64,000 nucleotides of DNA from Gigantopelta aegis (Eukaryota): assembly GCF_016097555.1 (NCBI RefSeq), contig NC_054701.1, positions 67,288,366-67,352,365 on the forward strand. Direction: 5' to 3'. Made by a program: the position numbers and the translations under genes. The notes beneath the pieces are model-generated. The model did not search any database, was not told the DNA's origin, and saw only the letters and a list, made by a program, of their open reading frames with translations. This document shows positions 37,714-50,361 of the stretch, piece by piece (positions within the stretch are counted from its first letter, which is position 1; each line of letters starts with the position of its first letter).

Positions 37714-38465
37714 GTAGATATACAGAGAATTATTACCCCAGCAGGCACTCATAACTGGAAAAATAAAAATCATTTGTTTAACGTACACTACTATTGGACG
37801 ACTTGAAGCCAACAAACCAATCACCTTGTCGGTACTAAATATGACATCATCACGATTTGGCAAAGCACACACAATGACATCACGTAGTTTAAAGCGTTTG
37901 TGTTTACGTCTTTCTGGTTTCAGTGTTAAACTTGTAATAAAATGGTAGTTTAATGCAATTCATTATAGATTTTTTTTTACAAAATATATAGAACTTTAGG
38001 TTTTGAAAATTATCTATGAACCGTGAATAAAATACAAAGTTAAAGCAATACCCAGAACAGTAAAGTAGTTTACGTTATTTCTATATACATGGATGTGTAA
38101 CCGATGTAGGCTATATCGAAAATAAAGGCTTTTAAAAAAATCCCCCAATAGCTGGAGTAATAAATAGAATAACAAACTCGGTACCAGTTATTATCAAATT
38201 TATGTCCCCCGTGAAATAATGTTCACTTGTCACTCGCTAAAGCTCGTTATCCTCTATTAGTCCCCTACCGGTCCAACTGGAGGGGACTACAGGTTTCATC
38301 TCAGTCCTTTTGTTTGCATGTCCCACATATAGCTTTCAGTAAACAAAAATGTATCACAATTTTATATATAGCTTTTATCATTTACTGTTGCAGATCAAGT
38401 TAGACTTTCATGGTGATTTACCCATTTTTCACAGAGTTATGGCCCTTGAACTTAAGGAGATATGA

Positions 38466-38730
38466 AGGGACATTCGGTGGTGTCGTGGTTAAGCCATCGG
38501 ACATAAGGCTGGTAGGTACAGGGTTTGCAGCCTAGTACCGGCTCCCACCCATAGCGAGTTTTAACGACTCAATGGGTAGGTGTAAGGCCACTACACCCTC
38601 TTCTCTCTCACTAACAACTAATCAACTAACAACTAACCCACTGTCCTGGACAGACAGCCCAGATAGCTGAGGTGTGTGCTCAGGACAGCGTGCTTAAACC
38701 TTGAGTAGATATAAGCACGAAAATAAGTTG
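38466..38730 (+). mobile_element. SINE family C (in ASL intron 4)
   Basis: tRNA-like head GGTGGTGTCGTGGTTAAGCCATCGGACATAAGGCTGGTAGGTACAGGGTTTG plus family-C body. Confidence 0.75.
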
Positions 38731-38830
38731 AAGGAAGGATGAAGGACACTGTCACATGAATAAAAAATAAGCAGCCCCCCCCAAAAAACACCCAACCCCA
38801 AAACTGTTGTATGTTGTTTTTTTCTTTTAG

Positions 38831-38985
38831 GAGCTTGTTGGTATATGTGGAGGAAAACTTCATACTGGTAGAAGTCGAAATGACCAGGTTGGGACGGACA
38901 TGCGTCTGTGGATTGTTAACGCTGAAGCATCTCTTCAGAACATTTTGTTAGCTTTTGTTGAAGTGATGCTAAAACGAGCGAAGGA
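38831..38985 (+). CDS. ASL: ASL exon: [52 protein letters not shown]
   Basis: Contains the lyase_1 family signature [18 protein letters not shown]. Acceptor tttcttttAG at 38829-30. Donor GTaagt at 38986. Confidence 0.92.
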
Positions 38986-39918
38986 GTAAGTAATTTGACA
39001 AAGCATTCATTTGTTGAAGTGCAAGCCTCATAAATTGGGGTGGGAGGGTGTCTTTAGGTATTTAGGTAAGGATGGATGCAATGCTCTTTTTAGAAAAAAC
39101 TTAAACCTAATTTCCTAGCATGTGCAGAACAAAAATGAAATATACAAGTATTTTAGGTAACAATTTTGGGCTTTAAAATTTATTTATTTTGGTTTTATGT
39201 CCATATTAAGATAAAGAAAGTGTATGTTATGATCTTCCTAAGTCCCCCTAAGTGTGTTAGTGTGTGTTTCTTGAAAGACTGACACAAGAAATTCAAACCA
39301 GGATTCCAGGCAGTAGCATCATGTTATACAAACAAGCAACTTAAAAGTTTGTTTTGTTTAACAACACCACTAGAGCACATTGCTTTATTAATCATCGGCT
39401 ATTGGATGTTAAACATTTGGTATTTTTTTTTAACTTTTATGTCTTAGAGAAAACCCACTCAGGGTTTCTGCCAGAAAGAAATTTTAGGGTATAGCGCTGT
39501 GGAATTGAATATTTACAATGTGTGTGCTGAATGCAACCACAGTCAACAGGGGGTATGGGTGGGTGGGTGGGGGGGGGGGGGGGGCGCCTCTCCCAGAAAG
39601 AAAGTATGTTAGGTTTAGGGTTAGGGTTAAGAAAATCATACAGTAATAATAAAGAGTAATTAATTTTGTTAAAATCTGCTAAAAATTGGGTATGGTATCC
39701 TTTTATATGCACTTTGCCACAGACACTGAGATAGGATAGCACATTCCATAGCCTTTGGAATACCAGTCATGCTGCACTGGTTAGTTAAAAGCAGACATTC
39801 TACACATGCATAATTTATTCCATTGCTGACAATATAGTGTCAAATAAGTGATTTTATTACCAGTATGTAGAAGAGTAAAGAACAAAGTCAATAATTACTG
39901 ATGTTAATTTGTGTTTCA

Positions 39919-39996
39919 GGGAGATTGATGTCTTGATGCCTGGATACACCCATCTCCAGAGAGCTCAGCCAATCCGATGGAGCCACTGGATTCTCA
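39919..39996 (+). CDS. ASL: ASL exon: (E)[25 protein letters not shown]
   Basis: [19 protein letters not shown] is nearly identical to vertebrate ASL. Acceptor tgtttcAG at 39917-18. Donor GTagag at 39997. Phases are consistent with the flanking exons. Confidence 0.92.
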
Positions 39997-40095
39997 GGTA
40001 GAGTCTAAAACAGTAGCTTGGATAAGGCTGGTAGATGGTGGGTTCCTATCGAAGAATAGGCTCCAATCCTGAGTCAGGTGGCTAATCCAATGTCT

Positions 40096-40184
40096 CAACT
40101 CAATCTTAGTCCCTCTCTCTGTCCCTGTTTCTGTCTGTGTGTGTGTGTGTGTGTGTGTGTCTCTGTCCGTCTCTTTCTCTCTTT

Positions 40185-40215
<31 letters not shown>

Positions 40216-40220
40216 TTCTA

Positions 40221-40285
<65 letters not shown>

Positions 40286-40313
40286 GTCTCTGTCTCTCTC
40301 TCTCTGTGTGTGT

Positions 40314-40348
<35 letters not shown>

Positions 40349-40390
40349 CTCTGTCTCTGTCCGTCTCTTTCTCTCTTTTCTCTCTGTCTG

Positions 40391-40447
<57 letters not shown>

Positions 40448-40654
40448 GTCTCTGTCCGTCTCTATCTCTCTTTCTCTCTTTTCTCTCTATCGAAGAATAG
40501 GCTCCAATCCTGAGTCAGGTGGCTAATCCAATGTCTCAACTCAATCTTAGTCCCTCTCTCTGTCTCTGTCTTTCTGTGTGTGTGTGTGTCTCTGTCTCTG
40601 TCCGTCTCTTTCTCTCTTTTCTCTCTGTGTGTCTCTGTCTCTGTCCGTCCGTCC

Positions 40655-40704
<50 letters not shown>

Positions 40705-40847
40705 GTCTGTCTCTCTTTTCTCTCTATCTGTGTGTCTCTCTCACTCTGTCTCTGTGTGTCTGTCTGTCTCTCTGTGTGTGTCTGTCTCTGTCCGTCTCTG
40801 TCTCTCTTTCTGTCTCTGTCCGTCTCTGTCTCTCTCTGTCCATCTCT

Positions 40848-40908
<61 letters not shown>

Positions 40909-41220
40909 GTCTCTGTCTCTGGCTCTTTCTTTCTCTCTTTTTTCTCTCTCTCACTCTCTCTGTGTCTCTGTCCCTCTTTTCTGTCTCTGTGTGTGTATCT
41001 CTGAACGTCTCTTTCTCTCTCTGTCTCTCTCTCTTACTCTCTCTCATACTCTCTCTCTCTGTGTCTGTCAGTCTGTCTGTCTGTCTCTCTCTGTGTGTGT
41101 CTGTCTCTGTCCATCTCTGTCTCTTTTCTGTCTCTATGTCTGTCTGTCTGTCTCTGTCTCTTTCTCTCTCTCTTCCTCTCTCTCCCTCTCTCTCTCTCTC
41201 TCCCCTCTCTCTCTCTCTCG
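40096..41220. repeat. Compound (CT)n/(CTGT)n/(CTCTGT)n microsatellite of about 1.1 kb in ASL intron 6. It contains a 441-bp direct duplication with junction motif ATCGAAGAATAGGCTCCAATCCTGAGTCAGGTGGCTAATCCAATGTCTCAACTCAATCTTAGTCCC.
   Basis: The junction motif occurs at 40048 and 40489. A pure pyrimidine strand runs for more than 1 kb. Confidence 0.9.
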
Positions 41221-41309
41221 CCTACTACTTTAGTTAGTGATATGTCTGAAATAGTATAAACATTATATTTCATAGTATATGTAAATAAAGTTTGTTTCTG
41301 ATTTTGTAG

Positions 41310-41387
41310 CTATGCCTGGATGATTCAAAGAGACTTGAAAAGGTTAACTGAAATAAGAGAAAGAGCCAGTTGTCTCCCTTTAGGCAG
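41310..41387 (+). CDS. ASL: ASL exon: SYAWMIQRDLKRLTEIRERASCLPLG
   Basis: Aligns to [28 protein letters not shown]. Acceptor ttttgtAG at 41308-09. Donor GTtagt at 41388. Lies about 90 bp downstream of the (CT)n block. Confidence 0.85.
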
Positions 41388-41765
41388 GTTAGTATATTCT
41401 TACCATCTACTCATTTCTCTTCATACCAGTCATTATAATTTAGAATCAATCTTTCTGATCATTTTTTACACAACCTATTGTAATTGCAAGTGCTATATTT
41501 TGCTGCAATTTATTTGTTAAACAACAAATTAATTGATTGATTTGTAATATTTGTATTATTAACTTGAGAATATTAAAATTATAAAATGCAGCCACTGGTT
41601 GTTTTCCCCAAGAATCCTTGGCTAAAAATAAAAAGTAACAGTGTTAAAAAAAAGTATCTCATGTTTTTTTCTGGCCGAATGCAGGGATGTGTTCAGTATC
41701 CATCTCCTAGGTAGTTAGACATCCATTTTTCATTGGAATTAACTACAAAGAATTATTGGGAAAAC

Positions 41766-42094
41766 CAGGGCTTTTAGATTATGGTAGCCCCACTCCAATG
41801 GCTAGTGATATTCAATGTTGGGATAGTAAATAACTACAATTGCCATGCCCGACGGCTAGTGAAATTTATTTTTTTCAAATGTTGCAGGTAAGTCTATTTT
41901 GTAATTATGAATATCCTGCCCCCACCCAAACCCCCAAATGTTAGTGTTTTTAAGCTCTATCGCCCTCTTTAGGTGATATATCAGATTATTACTCTTATTT
42001 AGTAAAGTAGGGCTAGTGAATGTTTAATCAGGACTGGTACATTTTTTAAATCAGTGGTCCCATGGCTAGTGGATTTTATAAAAATTCTAGAAAC
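41766..42094. mobile_element. Second copy of the 345-bp MITE (ASL intron 7)
   Basis: About 85% identical to 31781-32127. Confidence 0.7.
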
Positions 42095-42257
42095 ACTAGG
42101 AAAATTATGATGTTACACATCTTTTACATCTTTTTCCAATAATTTGTTTTTCTACTACATGAATTATTTCGTTGTAATTTTTAAAAACATAGATATGTAG
42201 TTGAAAGTATAATCTTTACATGTTAAAACAACAATAAATAAATACTTAATTTTGTAG

Positions 42258-42520
42258 AAAGCCACGGGCTTTGGTTGTGTAGTGGTTAAGCCATCAGACA
42301 TATGGCTGGTAAGTGCTGGGTTCGTATCCCGGTACCGGCTTTCACCCAGAGTGAGTTTAAAATACTCAGTGGGTAGGTGTAAGGCCACTACACCAACTTC
42401 TCTTTCACTAACAATTAACATTAACCCTCTGTCCTGGACAGACAGCCCAGATAGCTGAAGTGTGTGTCCAGGACAGTGTGCTTGAACCTTAATTTGATAT
42501 AAGCATGGAAATAAGTTAAA
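42258..42520 (+). mobile_element. SINE family C (in ASL intron 7)
   Basis: As above. Confidence 0.75.
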
Positions 42521-43310
42521 ATGAATTAATACAGTGGGAACCCACCATTAATCAAGTTTGATAGATCCCCTTTGATTTGTAATGTGTTTCTGTAGACCTC
42601 CATGAATCCACCGTCTCTTGTGAACCACAACATATTTTATAGGATATTAAACAAGCTTCAAAATTTCGTATCATGTTTATGTTCCGAGTGAAATAATTTT
42701 CAATTGTCATGTGCTTTAGCAAGGGACATAAACATTATACAAAATCGTAGCAAGTTTAATCTCCTCTTTATTACCCATAATTAATTTCAGTTTATATAAC
42801 TGTGCTCGTTTGATTAACGTTCAAGTAAGGTCGTAGTGCGCCAATAATATGACGTCGATGCGTTATGTCCCACATGATATTCTATATATGGGTAGTAATT
42901 TATTATTTTGTGAAAAGTTCACCTGTTGTTGATCTTAAAGGCATATTATCACAGACCACTGAACTATTGATTAGCCTAACAAAGTATTACCTGAAATATA
43001 TAAATTTGATTTGTCCCTAAATGTACTTTATTCAACCATCTACATGTACGTAGCCACCATATTCCACTTATTAATGATATTTCGTAAAAATAATTGAATT
43101 ATGGCAGTGGTCTATAATTCAAAAACTAATATTGGCAACAGGGTTGACATGGCTTTCACTCCATCGTGGTTCAGTTACGGTGATGTGATAGCTAGATTTG
43201 GTTTCCAAATATTAATGTAATTTTCATTCATTATCCATTTTTAGAGAAATAAGGTTCTTGAATCTGTGACAGTATGCCTTTAAAATGCTATGATTCTAAT
43301 TGAATTCCAG

Positions 43311-43363
43311 TGGAGCTCTGGCAGGCAACCCATTTGGAGTGGACAGAATAGCCCTAGCAAAAG
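43311..43363 (+). CDS. ASL: ASL exon: SGALAGNPFGVDRIALAK
   Basis: Aligns to [20 protein letters not shown]. Acceptor ttccAG at 43309-10. Donor GTtctt at 43364. Phase 2 in, phase 1 out, consistent with the neighbouring exons. Confidence 0.85.
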
Positions 43364-44056
43364 GTTCTTATTCTTCAGATTTTCGATGATCTTTCTCAGT
43401 ATGTTTAGAAAAGCATTTTCCGTTTCAGATTTTTCATTTTTCCGTTTCATAATGTTACAAATTCCGGTTTTTTCCTTTTCAGTATTAAACAAATTCTGTT
43501 TTTGTTTCACTCACACCACACACACACACACACACACACGCTCAGTGATGCATATGAGCACACACACACCAATAGCATATAACATGGCAATGTCGCAAAT
43601 GTTAAAAATTAATAAGCAAACATAACATAATATATCTTTCACTTGAGTAAATATCGGACAATTTTAGCTCACAATGCTCGGTTTTTCCCGTTAAATCGCC
43701 GGGAATAAGCAAAGAAAACACGACTGGTAAAATGTCTAGATACTCTACATTAAACATTTGGCGTAACATACAAAGGTACTAGTGTCGTAGCGTAGCACAG
43801 GCAGATGTCGGTGTCCATAGTTTCTAGTTCGAAAAATAAATTTTAATTAATAAAATGCGCTATTTAAAGTTAAATAATGTTTTGGAAAAAAATCGGGAAT
43901 TCCGTTTCAGATAGGTATTTCCGCGATTCCGCGATCGCGGAAAATCAGTGCCTCTAAGCATGTAGATGGGTTGTAACTTGCTTTTATCTCAATTACCATG
44001 GGATAAATATGGGTTTTGTTTTGTAATACAATCAAACCTGTATATAACAGGCAGGT

Positions 44057-44360
44057 GGGACGTAGCCCAGTGGTAAAGCACTCACATGATGCGCGGTCGG
44101 TCTGGGATCAATCCCCATCAGTGGGCTCTTTGGGCTATTTCTTGTTCCAGCCAGTGCACTATGACTGGTATATCAAAGGCCGTGGTATGTGCTCTCCTGT
44201 CTGTGGGATAGTGCATATAAAAGATCCCCTGCTACTAATGGAAAAAATGTAGCGGGTTTTCTCTCTATGACTGTGTCAAAATGACTATATGTTTGACATC
44301 TAATAGCCGATGGTTAATAAATCAATGTGCACTAGTGGTGTCGTTAAACAAAACAAACTT
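44057..44360 (+). mobile_element. SINE family A, full length (in ASL intron 8)
   Basis: Head GGGACGTAGCCCAGTGGTAAAGCAC..GGGATCAATCCCC, core, tail A. Confidence 0.85.
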
Positions 44361-44503
44361 TATTTGTATATACAAGCCACCCAAAACATACACAAAACAT
44401 TCCTTTTTATACCTGGATAGTGAAGGTAGAACAATGTTAAACAGTGTAGAAAATATGATTGTACTTCATTTAATCTACCAAATGGATGCCCAAAATAATG
44501 TTA

Positions 44504-44844
44504 TTAAAGGGACAGACCCTAGTTTCAACCTGTGAAAATTAACATCAAGTTTTACCTACAAACCTGTAACACATTTGGATAAAGTTACAATTGACTGAAA
44601 CATTAGTCTGTGACTTTGAAATGGTGAAATACCCTCTAAAAATAAACTAAAACTCCATAACTGTTACTTCTCAGATGCACATGTGTTTTTAAAAATATGA
44701 GAAATGCATTTTGCGATATTAAAAACACCAGGATGACCAAAAACACTTCGAATGTATGGAAATGGATAATCTATACAATAAAATGTAAGTAAAGTATGCC
44801 TTAATGTTTAAAAACTAGGGTATGTCCCTTTAATATGCTGTTAG
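44504..44844. mobile_element. TTAA-ended MITE, same family (ASL intron 8)
   Basis: TTAAAGGGACAGACCCTAGTTT ... AAACTAGGGTATGTCCCTTTAA. Confidence 0.7.
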
Positions 44845-45566
44845 TAGGTCATCTGTCCTATAGTCCGTCCCACAGAGAACGCCTTATTTTCATGCTATGG
44901 AATTTACTACAACTTACTTATTTCTGAGCCAAATGATTTGTAAATTGCACATAAAAATAATATTTTTTTGTTATTTCCAAACCACTTTTACTTTTCGTCT
45001 TACGTCAAACCAGACTGAAATTATTGACAAATTTTTTTTTCATAGAATGATGGGATGGACTAAAGATGTAGTAGTCTTAGAGCATATTTGAGAGAATATA
45101 TATATATATTTGTAGTTGTTAAGTGTTGATTGTGAAGTGCAGGGCTCAAAATAGCAACCTATGGAAACTGAAAACAGTTTAATTATATAGACCAAAAACC
45201 AGTCAATAAATCGCAGGCCATTTTTCCAGACACCCGATGTAAGTACGGTTATAATTTTATTTGCTATTTAGCTTATTATTCTGTTATGAGTTAATTCCAT
45301 AGTGCTCTAAAATATATACTGAGGTCCTAATTGTTTTTACACACGCCCTCCCCCCACCGCTGTCTTATTTCCAGCAGGCCATATTTTTTTTTCTTAGCAG
45401 CACATTTGTTTTGGCCTGCTATTTGAAAAAACAAAATAATAATTATGACATATTTTACTTCCTATTTTGAGCCCTGAAGTGTTGTATACATTCATGTTTT
45501 TATTTTTCATATCAACAATATTAAAGGGTAAACGTTTATCAATTACGAAAAGTTGTATTCAATATA

Positions 45567-46139
45567 CAGTGAAACCTCTCAAGACCGGACCCTCTGTAAA
45601 CTGGAATTCCCTCAATAGTGGACGTTTTACAGAGTCCCTTTTTAAAACCGGCCTCGGTGGCGTCGTGGCAGGCCATCGGTCTACAGGCTGGTAGGTACTG
45701 GGTTCGGATCCCAGTCGAGGCATGGGATTTTTAATCCAGATACCGACTCCAAACCCTGAGTGAGTGCTCTGCAAGGCTCAATGGGTAGGTGTAAACCACT
45801 TGCACAGACCAGTGATCCATAACTGGTTCAACAAAGGCCATGGTTTGTGCTATCCTGCCTGTGGGAAGCGCAAATAAAAGATCCCTTGCTGCTAATCGGA
45901 AGAGTAGCCCATGTAGTGGCGACAGCGGGTTTCCTCTTAGAATCTGTGTGGTCCTTAACCATATGTCTGACGCCATATAACCGTAAATAAAATGTGTTGA
46001 GTGCGTTGTTAAATAAAACATTTCTTTCTTTCCCTTTTTAAAAACCAGGATAGAACGTAACCGCTGTAAATTAGATCCCTCTTAAAAGCAGACATTTGTC
46101 TTGTTCCCAAGGGTGTCTGGTTTAGAGGGGTTTCACTGT
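45567..46139. mobile_element. MITE (TIR CAGTGAAACCTCTCAAGACCGGA...TCTGGTTTAGAGGGGTTTCACTG) interrupted by the SINE above
   Basis: TIRs at both ends. Intact about 180-bp paralogues elsewhere in the window. Confidence 0.8.
45648..46032 (+). mobile_element. SINE family B nested inside a 180-bp MITE, with a 10-bp TSD CTTTTTAAAA
   Basis: TSD at 45638-47 and 46033-42. The host MITE is reconstructed as contiguous in paralogues 62645-62822 and 11441-11615. Confidence 0.85.
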
Positions 46140-46228
46140 ATATTAAATGGTTATTTATTACCTATTTCTCTCAAATGTGACAAATAGCAGTAACAGTCCT
46201 CTACCATTTGTTAAATTTTACATTCCAG

Positions 46229-46291
46229 AGCTGGGCTTGAATGAGATATTTTGGAACAGTCTTGATGCTGTGAGTGATCGGGATTTCGTTG
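46229..46291 (+). CDS. ASL: ASL exon: ELGLNEIFWNSLDAVSDRDFV
   Basis: Aligns to [21 protein letters not shown]. Acceptor ttccAG at 46227-28. Donor GTgaga at 46292. Confidence 0.85.
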
Positions 46292-46871
46292 GTGAGACTC
46301 TGCTTAGTTAAACTTACAATTCAGTCCATACCATGTCCACTCCATGAATCCCAAAATAATGAAGAACCCCAGGGCTCATATTTACAAAATATATTGTATT
46401 TATTCATTCATCGAACCTGTGCAGCAAAAACAAAAATTGCCTCCACTCCCTTCTGTACTTGAAAAACCTCCCATAGAATATTTATATTGTTAACGATTTT
46501 TATTTAATCCTCAGACTCTTTAACGCAGAAATGACAATAAAGGCCAGATGATTGATTGCCTTGATAAATTCAGGTTCACCCCCCCCCCCCCATCAACAGT
46601 ACATCAAACGCTGTGGTATGTACTGTCTTGTTTATGAGAGAACACACAGATAAAAGATGCCTTGCTGCTTTTTTGTGGCAATCTCCATCTCTTGACCAGA
46701 TCGCTGTAGTTTAAAAATGTACTGAGGTGTCATTGAACAAACATTCCCTTTTCTTGAACGACGCCATATAACCGTAAATAAATGTGTTGAGTGCATCGTT
46801 AAATAAAATATTTCTTTTTCTTGAAATAATTATTTTATTACGAAAATATATGTATATTTTTTTCACTACAG

Positions 46872-46986
46872 TTGAATTCCTGTTTTGGGCTTCTCTGTTG
46901 AGTACTCACTTGAGTCGGTGGGCGGAGGACCTCATTCTCTACTGCACTAAAGAATTCAACTTTGTATCGCTCTCAGATGCTTACAG
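46872..46986 (+). CDS. ASL: ASL exon: [39 protein letters not shown]
   Basis: Near-identical to [42 protein letters not shown]. Acceptor cactacAG at 46870-71. Donor GTaggt at 46987. Confidence 0.92.
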
Positions 46987-47224
46987 GTAGGTGCATATTT
47001 GAGCCCAGGGGCGGATTATAGGGGGTTTCCCAGTTGCACGGACCCAACCCCCTCCCCCGGCTAAAGAAAACCCAACCCCACCACGTAGATCTAAATTGAT
47101 GTCCACGTAAAATTTATAATTTCAAATTATAAACATTTACATATTGTTTCGGAAACAGCCCCCCTTACCTAAAGCATAATCTGCCCCTGGAGCCCATATA
47201 GGTAATAAGTTTTAATAAAAGTAA

Positions 47225-47620
47225 AGTAAAGTTTGTTTTATTTAACGACGCCACTAGAGCACATTGATTTTTTATCTTATCATCGGCTATTGGACGTCAA
47301 ACATATGGTCATTCTGACACTGTTTTTAGAGGAAACCCGCTGTCGCCACATAGGCTACTCTTTTTACGACAGGCAGCAAGGGATCTTTTATTTGCACTTC
47401 CCACAGGCAGGATAGCACAAACCATGGCCTTTGTTGAACCAGTTATGGATCACTGGTCGGTGCAAGTGGTTTACACCTACCCATTGAGCCTTGCGGAGCA
47501 CTCACTCAGGGTTTGGAGTCGGTATCTGGATTAAAAATCCCATGCCTCGACTGGGATCCGAACCCAGTACCTACCAGCCTGTAGACCGATGGCTAACCAC
47601 GACGCCACCGAGGCTGGTAA
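47225..47620 (-). mobile_element. SINE family B (ASL intron 10)
   Basis: Full-length reverse copy. Confidence 0.85.
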
Positions 47621-47689
47621 AAAAGTTTTAATAAAGACTTCTTTCTGCTCATTACAAGGAGTAACCTGTGTGGTTTCCTACAACACTGT

Positions 47690-47880
47690 TTGAAGTGAGT
47701 TGTAGAGTTTGCCTACGGTGAGATGGGTTTTCCTCAGTGGACCCATCCCAACCAGTGCTCCACGACTGGTACATCAACTATCCCTTGCTATTAATAAATA
47801 AAATGTAGTGGGTTTCCTCTGAAGGCTACATGTCAGAATTACCCAATGTCTGACATTCAGTTGCCAATGATTAATTAAAG
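47690..47880 (+). mobile_element. SINE family A, degraded
   Basis: Partial head, core and tail. Confidence 0.55.
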
Positions 47881-48240
47881 GCACATAACCTAGTTCTCAC
47901 CTGTAAAAAATGACACTAAGTTTAGTTAATTTACAAACCTGTAACTCATTTGGATGAAGTTAAAATAGAGTGGAAGAAGTATCTGTGACATTAAAACATT
48001 AAAATAGACTAGAACTTGAATCAATAAACCTCTACTCAGATGCACGTGTGTTTTTAAAAATATGAAAAATGCTCTTTTTTTTATATCAGAAACACCAGGA
48101 TGACCAGAAACACTTCAGTTCTACGGAAATGGATAATCTAAAGAATAAAATATAAGTAATGTTTGATTTCAGTGATCATAGATGGCTCTAATGGTGAAAA
48201 ATATGCTGTAGTGTTTAAAAACTAGGGTCTGTCCCTTTAA
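47875..48240. mobile_element. TTAA-ended MITE, same family (ASL intron 10)
   Basis: TTAAAGGCACATAACCTAGTT ... AACTAGGGTCTGTCCCTTTAA. Confidence 0.7.
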
Positions 48241-48300
48241 TCAAAACAAACTTCCTTATGTAATATACAGTGTGTTAAATTCACTTCTTTCCTTGACTAA

Positions 48301-48420
<120 letters not shown>

Positions 48421-49796
48421 TAATTTGTTTTAACTAGGCCTGTAATTTTAAATATTTTTTTATCATGATACCTGGATTTTGTGTAGATTCTGATATCATT
48501 GTTTCGGCTCCGACATTGTAGTGTGTAGACTCATGCCATGTCATTAGGTACATGTCTGTAATATGTGGATTTAATTAAGTAATAGCTAGTGTGGATTAAT
48601 TTCATAGTGTGTAGATTCTAGTACATGTATTTAGAACGTGGACTTCATATTGTTTATCATTCCTGTAGATACTACTCCTAGATGACATATATGGAATATG
48701 TGTTACTATATTCTTATATCAAGTTTATATGTTTGGAATATTACATTAGAAATAAATGACATGATAAACATGCTTTCCAGGGGTGGGGAAAAGCCCTTTT
48801 TTCCCGGTCTGGGACCGATTCTCAATCTCTGAGACTGAAATTTTTTTTTTTAAACATGTGTTTGCGGTTCCACTTTTGTGGACCGGCCTGCCCAGACATC
48901 GGTATCTCAATGCATGATTTAAAATAATAAATAGTGGTCAATATGGCTAGTGTTTCAGATGTCTTAGATTTTAAAGTCTGCCTGAGTATATATTGCCAGT
49001 TGGATCTACAGTAGTGTCAATCCACATTTGTCAAAGTCGCTGAGCCGGTCAACAGATTAAACAGACGTTAACAATAACACCATTCTTGGTGAGAGAGCCA
49101 TCAAGGTATTACACTCCAATTAAAACAAAAGACTCAGAGTTTGTAACTGGTTACAATCAACACCTATCAACACCTATGTACGGAACTCTGTTGGGTCGAG
49201 AGTCCTAGTCCGAATCAAGAGGCTTTTGTGCAATACAAACTGCTTGAAATAGCATAAAATATACTGAAATAATCTATAAATGTATTTATTGTTGACATGT
49301 TTTCATGTTTATCGTTTTGCGTTCATGATTCAAGATAAAACTACAAACGTCGCTGATTTTAAAAAAAACTATTAGGCAAATATTGTCTTTTAAATATTAT
49401 TTTTTTATTTTTTACTGACATCAAGTGGGACCGATTGACAATTTTACTTTTCCCCATCCCTGATGCTTTCCTCAAAATATATATACTTTTTGTCTTTACT
49501 GATGGAAAGAAATAAGGGACAGTGGATATTGACTGCAACCGAAACCCATTTCATTAATGTCAAGAATTGAAACATTCTACTGACATTCAACCCCATATTA
49601 GTTACATTCAGTCCCACGTTATAGCTTTGTATTTTATACAGACCTAACTAAGCTAGTAATAAATTAAATTTGATCTAAAATATCATGTGTTTCCTAACTA
49701 CTTTCCTTCAGTATATATATATATATATATGTATATGTCACTTTTCCATTCTTAGTTACTGTATAGAGTATGGAGCATTAAGCTGTATCCTAACCG

Positions 49797-49948
49797 GATG
49801 CGAGTGATTAATTTAGAAATCATTGATTTTAATTTCCACATCCTAACTGCACGCGTGCGGCGCAAGCGATAAATATGTTGGGTTGCATGCGTGCAGTTTA
49901 ACGATACGGCAATTGAAATCAATAATTTCTAAAATAATTGCTCGCCTC
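49797..49948. repeat. Foldback or MITE-like inverted repeat. The 30-bp arms (GCGAGTGATTAATTAGAAATCATTGATTT) flank a GC-rich palindromic core.
   Basis: Arms at 49799-49830 and 49915-49948. Lies about 50 bp upstream of ASL exon 12. Confidence 0.6.
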
Positions 49949-49999
49949 GCTCACATCTAGTTAGTATACAGCTTTAGTTTCGTTTTCATTTCGTCACAG

Positions 50000-50059
50000 A
50001 TGGCTGGGTTCATGATGACTGTGAAAGGACTTCCAAGTACCTATAATAAAGACCTCCAG
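50000..50059 (+). CDS. ASL: ASL exon: MAGFMMTVKGLPSTYNKDLQ
   Basis: KGLPSTYNKDLQ is identical to vertebrate ASL. Acceptor cacAG at 49998-99. Donor GTattt at 50060. Length 60 nt. Confidence 0.9.
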
Positions 50060-50361
50060 GTATTTTTTGTAATGTTCTACTGAGGGAAGAATGATTTTTA
50101 ATTTTGAAGAATATATCAGTTACATTTCTAAATAAATTATTTATGTTGTTTTGTAATATTTTATCTGGGGTTGTAAACAAATAATTTATAATCTTATTGT
50201 TGTGATATTTACTGAACACTGTTTTTAAATGCTGATCATTTATGACCACATTTAAGAATGAAATTAAAAAAAGTCTTGAGTACATTTTGTCCTTTTGACA
50301 TAAGACTAACATCTGCTTGTAAATATGTTTCATATTTTTATATTTCAATCTTTTTTTCCCA

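Noticed and set aside
40078-41273. Multiple long ORFs (SLSLSL..., CVCVCV..., RERERE...) on both strands
   Set aside because: They are translations of the (CT)n/(CTGT)n microsatellite. The low-complexity, stop-free frames are an artefact of repeat composition.
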